From assembly GCA_963794595.1 (NCBI GenBank), contig CAWCER010000009.1:328835-392834 (forward strand): DNA of 64,000 nucleotides, written 5' to 3'. Under the pieces are notes generated by a model that was not told the DNA's origin, searched no databases, and worked only from the letters and a program-made list of their open reading frames with translations. The stretch comes from Bryobacterales bacterium (GTDB lineage: Bacteria; Acidobacteriota; Terriglobia; Bryobacterales; Bryobacteraceae). Position 1 is the stretch's first letter, and the number at the start of each line of letters is the position of its first letter. The translations under genes were made by a program, and so were the position numbers. Positions 59,340 to 64,000 of the stretch are shown one piece after another.

Positions 59340-60989
59340 ATGCGCATCGCTCTGGCGCAACTGAATCCCACGGTCGGCGACTTGGCCGGGAATGTCGACC
59401 GCATGACGCGCGCCTCGCGCGATGCGGCCGCTCGTGGCGCAGAAGTCGTGGTCTTCCCCGAGCTCTCGATCACCGGTTATCCGCCTCGCGATCTGGTCGA
59501 GAAGCCCGCTTTCCTGGAAAGCTGCGAGCGCGAACTGGACCATCTGGCCCGCGATACGGCGGACCTCGGTTTGAGCGTCATCTGCGGTTACGTGGGACGG
59601 TCGGAGGCGGAAACCGGCAAGCGGGCGCTCAACCGTGCTGCTCTCATCGAGCGTGGTGAGGTCGTGTTCCGGCAGAGTAAGATGCTGCTTCCCAACTACG
59701 ACGTGTTCGACGAAGCGCGTTACTTCCGGGCCGCCGAGCGTGAATATCTGTGCACCCTGCGCGGTACGCCCGTCGCGCTGACGATCTGCGAAGATGCCTG
59801 GAACGACCGCCGCTTTTGGAAAGAGCGCCTCTACCAGCGTGACCCCGTGGAGGAATTATTCGAAGCCGGCGCGCAGATGCTCATCTGCATCAACGCGTCG
59901 CCTTACAGCCTAGGGAAGCGGGCGATTCGCCGGAGCATCTATCGCGCGGCGGCGCGGCGCTATGCCAAACCCGTGATCTATGTGAATCAGGTTGGCGGCA
60001 ACGATCAATTGGTTTTCGACGGCACTAGCTTTGCCATGAACAGCGCCGGCGAAGTGATCGCCGCGGCACGGACCTTCGAAGAGGACCTGATCCTCTGCGA
60101 TCTTGATGCCGGAACCGGCGATCGCCATGAGGACCTCGGCGACGAATGCGCGGCTGCCTATCAGGCGTTGGTCCTGGGGACGCGTGACTACATCCGCAAA
60201 TGCGGTTTCTCGAAAGTGCTGATCGGCCTGAGCGGCGGTATCGATTCCGCGTTAACCGCTGTGATCGCGGTCGATGCCGTCGGCAAAGAGAATGTCACTG
60301 GCGTGGGGATGCCGGGACCTTATTCCTCGGCCTCCAGCGTCACCGACGCCCGCGCGATGGCGGAGAAGCTGGGAATTCGCTTCGAAATCGTCTCGATCAC
60401 CGGCGCCTATGAACGTTTCGAACAGGAACTTTCCCCGCTGTTTCAAGGAACCGGCGTCGGCGTTACCGAAGAGAACCTGCAATCCCGTCTGCGAGGCGTC
60501 ACGCTGATGGCTCTCTCGAACAAGACCGGGGCTATGGTGCTCACTACCGGTAACAAGAGCGAGCTCGCGGTCGGTTACTGCACCCTTTATGGCGACATGT
60601 GCGGCGGCTTGGCTGTGATCAGCGACGTCCCTAAAACTTTGGTCTACAAACTGGCGCGCATCGGGAATCAGCGGCACGATGGAGCCATCCCGGAGAGCGT
60701 GTTCACCAAACCGCCCTCCGCTGAGCTCCGCCCGGATCAGCGCGATACCGATTCCCTGCCCCCCTACGATGTGCTGGATCCGATTCTCGAAGCGTATGTC
60801 GAGCAATACCGTACGCCGCGTGAGATCGCGTCCAGCCTGAACCTTCCGCTCGAACTGGTGCAGGACATCGTCAATAAAGTGGATCGCAATGAGTACAAGC
60901 GCCAGCAGGCGGCTCCGGGATTAAAAGTGACCACCAAAGCCTTCGGCGTCGGCCGGCGGATGCCCATCGCTCAAAGGTTTTCAGGATGA
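59340..60989 (+). CDS. nadE: glutamine-dependent NAD+ synthetase (nitrilase-like + NAD synthetase domains)
   Basis: MRIALAQLNPTVGDLAGN, FPELSITGYP, ICEDAW (CN-hydrolase), and LSGGIDSALTA (PP-loop SGGxDS). Confidence 0.9.
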   Translation: MRIALAQLNPTVGDLAGNVDRMTRASRDAAARGAEVVVFPELSITGYPPRDLVEKPAFLESCERELDHLARDTADLGLSVICGYVGRSEAETGKRALNRAALIERGEVVFRQSKMLLPNYDVFDEARYFRAAEREYLCTLRGTPVALTICEDAWNDRRFWKERLYQRDPVEELFEAGAQMLICINASPYSLGKRAIRRSIYRAAARRYAKPVIYVNQVGGNDQLVFDGTSFAMNSAGEVIAAARTFEEDLILCDLDAGTGDRHEDLGDECAAAYQALVLGTRDYIRKCGFSKVLIGLSGGIDSALTAVIAVDAVGKENVTGVGMPGPYSSASSVTDARAMAEKLGIRFEIVSITGAYERFEQELSPLFQGTGVGVTEENLQSRLRGVTLMALSNKTGAMVLTTGNKSELAVGYCTLYGDMCGGLAVISDVPKTLVYKLARIGNQRHDGAIPESVFTKPPSAELRPDQRDTDSLPPYDVLDPILEAYVEQYRTPREIASSLNLPLELVQDIVNKVDRNEYKRQQAAPGLKVTTKAFGVGRRMPIAQRFSG

Positions 60990-62455
60990 AATTAACACTG
61001 TTTCTGGCGGCCGCGCTCAGCGCGTTGGCGCTTGATTTACCGATGTCGCTGGCGGTTGCGCCGGACGGCCGCGTGCTGGTTTTGAGCGGGGGCGCCAAAG
61101 CGTCGATCGGCGTGGTGAACGGCGTCGAGATTCCGTTGCCCGACGCGTGGCTCGGCCTGACCTTCGCTCCCAACGGCAAAATGGTTTACGCCGGGGGCGG
61201 ATCGCGCGGTGTGGTCTACGAATTCAGCTACGCGCAAGGGGAACTGAAGCTGGAGCGCGAAATGAAGGCCGGCGATTTCGCGGGCGATGTCGCGCTCTCG
61301 CCCGACGGCCATCTGGTCTACGCGGCGGACCTCTTCGGCAACGCCATCGTGGTGATCAATCCGCAATCGGGCCGCGTGATCGACCGCTTCAAGACCGGCC
61401 GCCGCCCTTACCGCATTCTGTTCCATCCCGATGGCCGTTCGTATTTCGTCTCCAGTTGGGCTGACGCTTCGGTGTATCAGTACAATACCGTTAACGGAGA
61501 AGAGATTGGACGCATTCGCCTGGGCTCGCACCCTACCGACATGGTCTTGAGCAGCTTCCAGCCGGTAACACCTGACGGAGCGGCGGGGCTGAACGCGAAG
61601 TATCGTCTGTTCGTCGCCGCGGCGAATACCAATGAAGTGTTCACAGTGGGGATTGGCGAAAACAAGACCATGAATCTCATCGAGACGATACACGTCGCAC
61701 CCGCCCCGCTCTCTCCCCTCGGCATGACGCCCAGCGCACTCGCCCTGTCCGCGGATCAGAAACACTTATATGTAGCCTGTTCGGATGCCGATGTAGTCGC
61801 TGCGGTAAATGTCTCTGACGTTCGCGGCGTCGTCGAAGGATTCCTACCGGCCGGCGCCTATCCTGCTGCAGTGCGCACTAGCGGCGATCGCGTGTGGGTC
61901 GCCAACGCTCGCGACAACACCGTGGATGCACTCGGCGAAACCTTCCGGCCGATCTCCGATCCACCGGCTCTGGACCTTGGGCCGGTTGAACATGTCATCT
62001 ATGTAGTCGGCGCCACACGGCCGGAGCCGCTGATGCGCGCCATCGGAGGGCTCGCGCCGGATTACACAGTGAAACTAGGTTGGCGTCCCAACTTCAACAT
62101 CGCGGACCCCGCCAACCTTCCACCTGCGGGCTATCTGTGGACCAACGCGCTCGCGGCCGGACTTAGCGTTCGTGATTACGGCGTGCTTGTCCGCGACGGG
62201 AAGGCCATCGATCCCGCGGCCAGAGCTTTTACCAAGCCGGACGCCTCGACTTTCTCCGAGGACCTGAAACACTTCGACTCCAGCGGCATGATGCCGCGCC
62301 TGATCCTGGTGCAGATCACGGGCGACGAACCCTTGGCATCACTCAAAAGCGCCGTCGCCAAAAGCCGCTTCGCCGCGAAAACGGAAGTCGTCGTGGGCGA
62401 CTTGCGGCGGGCGGAAGCCCTGCTCGGGCTGCATCCCATGACGCGCAAAGATTGA
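60986..62455 (+). CDS. secreted YncE/lactonase-type beta-propeller protein with a degenerate phosphoesterase-like C-terminal region
   Basis: Signal peptide. Repeated ..SPDG..vY.A.. propeller strands (VAPDGRVLV, FAPNGKMVYAGG, LSPDGHLVYAAD, FHPDGRSYFVSS, LSADQKHLYVAC). The C-terminal VEHVIYVVGATRPE and GYLWTNALAAGLSVRDYG resemble phosphoesterase-family blocks but lack the usual ENRTYDQ. The ATG overlaps the nadE stop (ATGA). Confidence 0.65.
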   Translation: MKLTLFLAAALSALALDLPMSLAVAPDGRVLVLSGGAKASIGVVNGVEIPLPDAWLGLTFAPNGKMVYAGGGSRGVVYEFSYAQGELKLEREMKAGDFAGDVALSPDGHLVYAADLFGNAIVVINPQSGRVIDRFKTGRRPYRILFHPDGRSYFVSSWADASVYQYNTVNGEEIGRIRLGSHPTDMVLSSFQPVTPDGAAGLNAKYRLFVAAANTNEVFTVGIGENKTMNLIETIHVAPAPLSPLGMTPSALALSADQKHLYVACSDADVVAAVNVSDVRGVVEGFLPAGAYPAAVRTSGDRVWVANARDNTVDALGETFRPISDPPALDLGPVEHVIYVVGATRPEPLMRAIGGLAPDYTVKLGWRPNFNIADPANLPPAGYLWTNALAAGLSVRDYGVLVRDGKAIDPAARAFTKPDASTFSEDLKHFDSSGMMPRLILVQITGDEPLASLKSAVAKSRFAAKTEVVVGDLRRAEALLGLHPMTRKD

Positions 62456-62483
62456 GCTGACTTCAACAGACCCGAAAGGACCG

Positions 62484-64000
62484 ATGACCACCGTCTGCTT
62501 CCTCTGGCACATGCACCAACCGTTCTATAAGGATCTATGGAGCGGCGAATATAAACTGCCTTGGACCCGTCTCCACGCTATGAAGGACTACGCGGGAATG
62601 GTTGAGATCCTGGCGGAATTTCCGTCTATTCACCAGACCTTCAACCTGGTCCCGTCGATGGTCGCGCAGATCGAGGAGTACGCTTCAGGCAAGGCTTCCG
62701 ACCCGTTTCTCGACTGCGCCCTGGCGCGCGCCGAAGACCTGAGCGAAGCGCAGCGCAACTTCGTTCTGAAGTATTTCTTCCAGGCCAACCTCGACCGGCT
62801 CATCTCGCGCTATCCCCGCTATCTTGAGCTTTACGGCAAGCAGGAGCGCAAAGAGACTTTCTCGCCGCAGGATCTTCGCGACCTCCAAATCTTCCATCTG
62901 ATGGTCTGGTTCGATGAGGATCTGCTGGCACGCGATCCGGAATTGACAGCTCTCGTCCGCAAGGGCCGCGGCTTCTCGCTGGCCGATCAGAGAATGATCG
63001 CCCGCAAGCAGCGGGAGGCGTTGGCACGCGTATTGCCGGTCTATCGCGAATTCGGCGTGCGTGGACAAATCGAAATCTCGACCACGCCGTTCTACCATCC
63101 CATTCTGCCGCTGATCTGCGATTCCGATCAAGGCGCGGTTTCGAGCCCAGGTCTTCCGCTTCCTCCGCGCTTCGTGTATCCCGGTGACGCCCGCGAACAA
63201 ATGGATCGCGCCCGTGCCTACATGTATGACAAGCTGGGCATCGCACCGGTCGGCTTGTGGCCTTCGGAAGGCTCAGTTTCAGATGAGGCCCTGGCTCTTG
63301 CCGCTCATGCCGGCTTCACCTGGGCAGCTAGCGACAACGGCGTCCTGGCGCGCACGCTCAACCGTGACGCCGGGGTGGACGCTACCTATCGGGCCTACAA
63401 CTGGCAGCAAAACGGCCACGCGATGCGCATGATCTTCCGTGACCGTTATCTCAGCGATCTGATCGGTTTCGAATATTCGCGGATGAGTGCTCACGATGCG
63501 GCCCGACATTTCCTCGATCGCATCCGCCAAAACACGCAAGGGCGCGAATGTTTGGTGCCGATTATCCTCGATGGCGAAAATGCCTGGGAATGGTATGAGG
63601 CCAATGGCCGCCCGTTTCTGCGCGAACTCTACCGCGGCATCTCGGAAGACACCACTCTCGAGGCCCTAACAGTCTCGGAAGCGCTGCAAAAATTCGAGGC
63701 GGAGCCACTGCATGGCATCTTCCCCGGCTCCTGGATCAACGCGAACTTCAACGTCTGGATCGGAGCGGAAGAGGACAACCAGGCTTGGGCGCTGCTGCTG
63801 GCCGCGCGTCGCGCCTACGACGCAACGCCGGATGTGCCCGAGAGCGCGCGAAAACTCGCCTACGAAGAGCTGCTCATCGCCGAGGGCAGCGATTGGAACT
63901 GGTGGTATGGCCCGGAGCACGGCTCCGATAATCGTCCTGAGTTCGACCAGCTTTATCGCGACCACCTGATCAACGTCTATCGCGCGCTGGGGCTGGTCCC
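62484..64000 (+). CDS. glycoside hydrolase family 57 protein (alpha-amylase / alpha-glucan-acting), 3' end outside window
   Basis: Hand translation from ATG 62484 is open to the window end. It reads MTTVCFLWHMHQPFYKD...TTPFYHPILPL...WPSEGSVSDEAL...ILDGENAWEWY...GSDWNWWYG, matching GH57 signature blocks. It is absent from the supplied ORF track because it has no stop in the window. Confidence 0.85.
   Translation, partial: MTTVCFLWHMHQPFYKDLWSGEYKLPWTRLHAMKDYAGMVEILAEFPSIHQTFNLVPSMVAQIEEYASGKASDPFLDCALARAEDLSEAQRNFVLKYFFQANLDRLISRYPRYLELYGKQERKETFSPQDLRDLQIFHLMVWFDEDLLARDPELTALVRKGRGFSLADQRMIARKQREALARVLPVYREFGVRGQIEISTTPFYHPILPLICDSDQGAVSSPGLPLPPRFVYPGDAREQMDRARAYMYDKLGIAPVGLWPSEGSVSDEALALAAHAGFTWAASDNGVLARTLNRDAGVDATYRAYNWQQNGHAMRMIFRDRYLSDLIGFEYSRMSAHDAARHFLDRIRQNTQGRECLVPIILDGENAWEWYEANGRPFLRELYRGISEDTTLEALTVSEALQKFEAEPLHGIFPGSWINANFNVWIGAEEDNQAWALLLAARRAYDATPDVPESARKLAYEELLIAEGSDWNWWYGPEHGSDNRPEFDQLYRDHLINVYRALGLV

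Noticed and set aside
1-64000. CRISPR arrays, rRNA/tRNA genes, transposases, integrases, prophage or a defence island
   Set aside because: Reading the intergenic regions and all listed ORFs revealed no regularly spaced direct repeats, no structural RNA signatures and no recombinase or phage-like proteins. The only mobile-type content is the two toxin-antitoxin pairs.

Overview
GC-rich bacterial chromosomal segment. Its gene content looks like Acidobacteriota/Terriglobia (inference from an acidobacterial-type VWFA protein, secreted TldD/PmbA pairs, a fused LptF/LptG and a DUF6152-like protein). I call about 60 protein genes and found no rRNA, tRNA, CRISPR array, transposase or integrase. Most of it is housekeeping: apt-ispE-prs-rplY-pth-rpsF-rpsR-rplI, murB, lipA, cmk-lysC, ddl, asnS, amtB-glnK, purQ-purL-purF, msrB, pdxH, lolA and nadE. 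Accessory content includes two type II toxin-antitoxin pairs (HicAB, VapBC) and a secreted TldD-like/PmbA-like peptidase pair upstream of the fused LptF-LptG. There is also an orphan CpaE/TadZ-like ATPase divergent from a LuxR-type regulator. Two large secreted proteins of unknown function stand out. One is about 950 aa, with an EXORDIUM/PHI-1-like domain, Ig-like domains and a tandem uncharacterised module that recurs at the window start. The other is about 1135 aa, mostly helical, and directly followed by a VWFA protein. The most striking sequence-level observation is at least 23 frame-breaking lesions (single-base indels plus one in-frame TAG). They fall in two blocks, about 1.7-10.1 kb and 15.5-20.3 kb, and hit essential genes. 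The other roughly 50 kb has intact ORFs up to 3.4 kb. This points to regional sequence or assembly error rather than real gene decay, but read-level data are needed to decide. The ORF track omits a GH57 glycoside hydrolase ORF that runs off the 3' end (62484..64000). All functional calls rest on motif recognition from memory; no database search was run.
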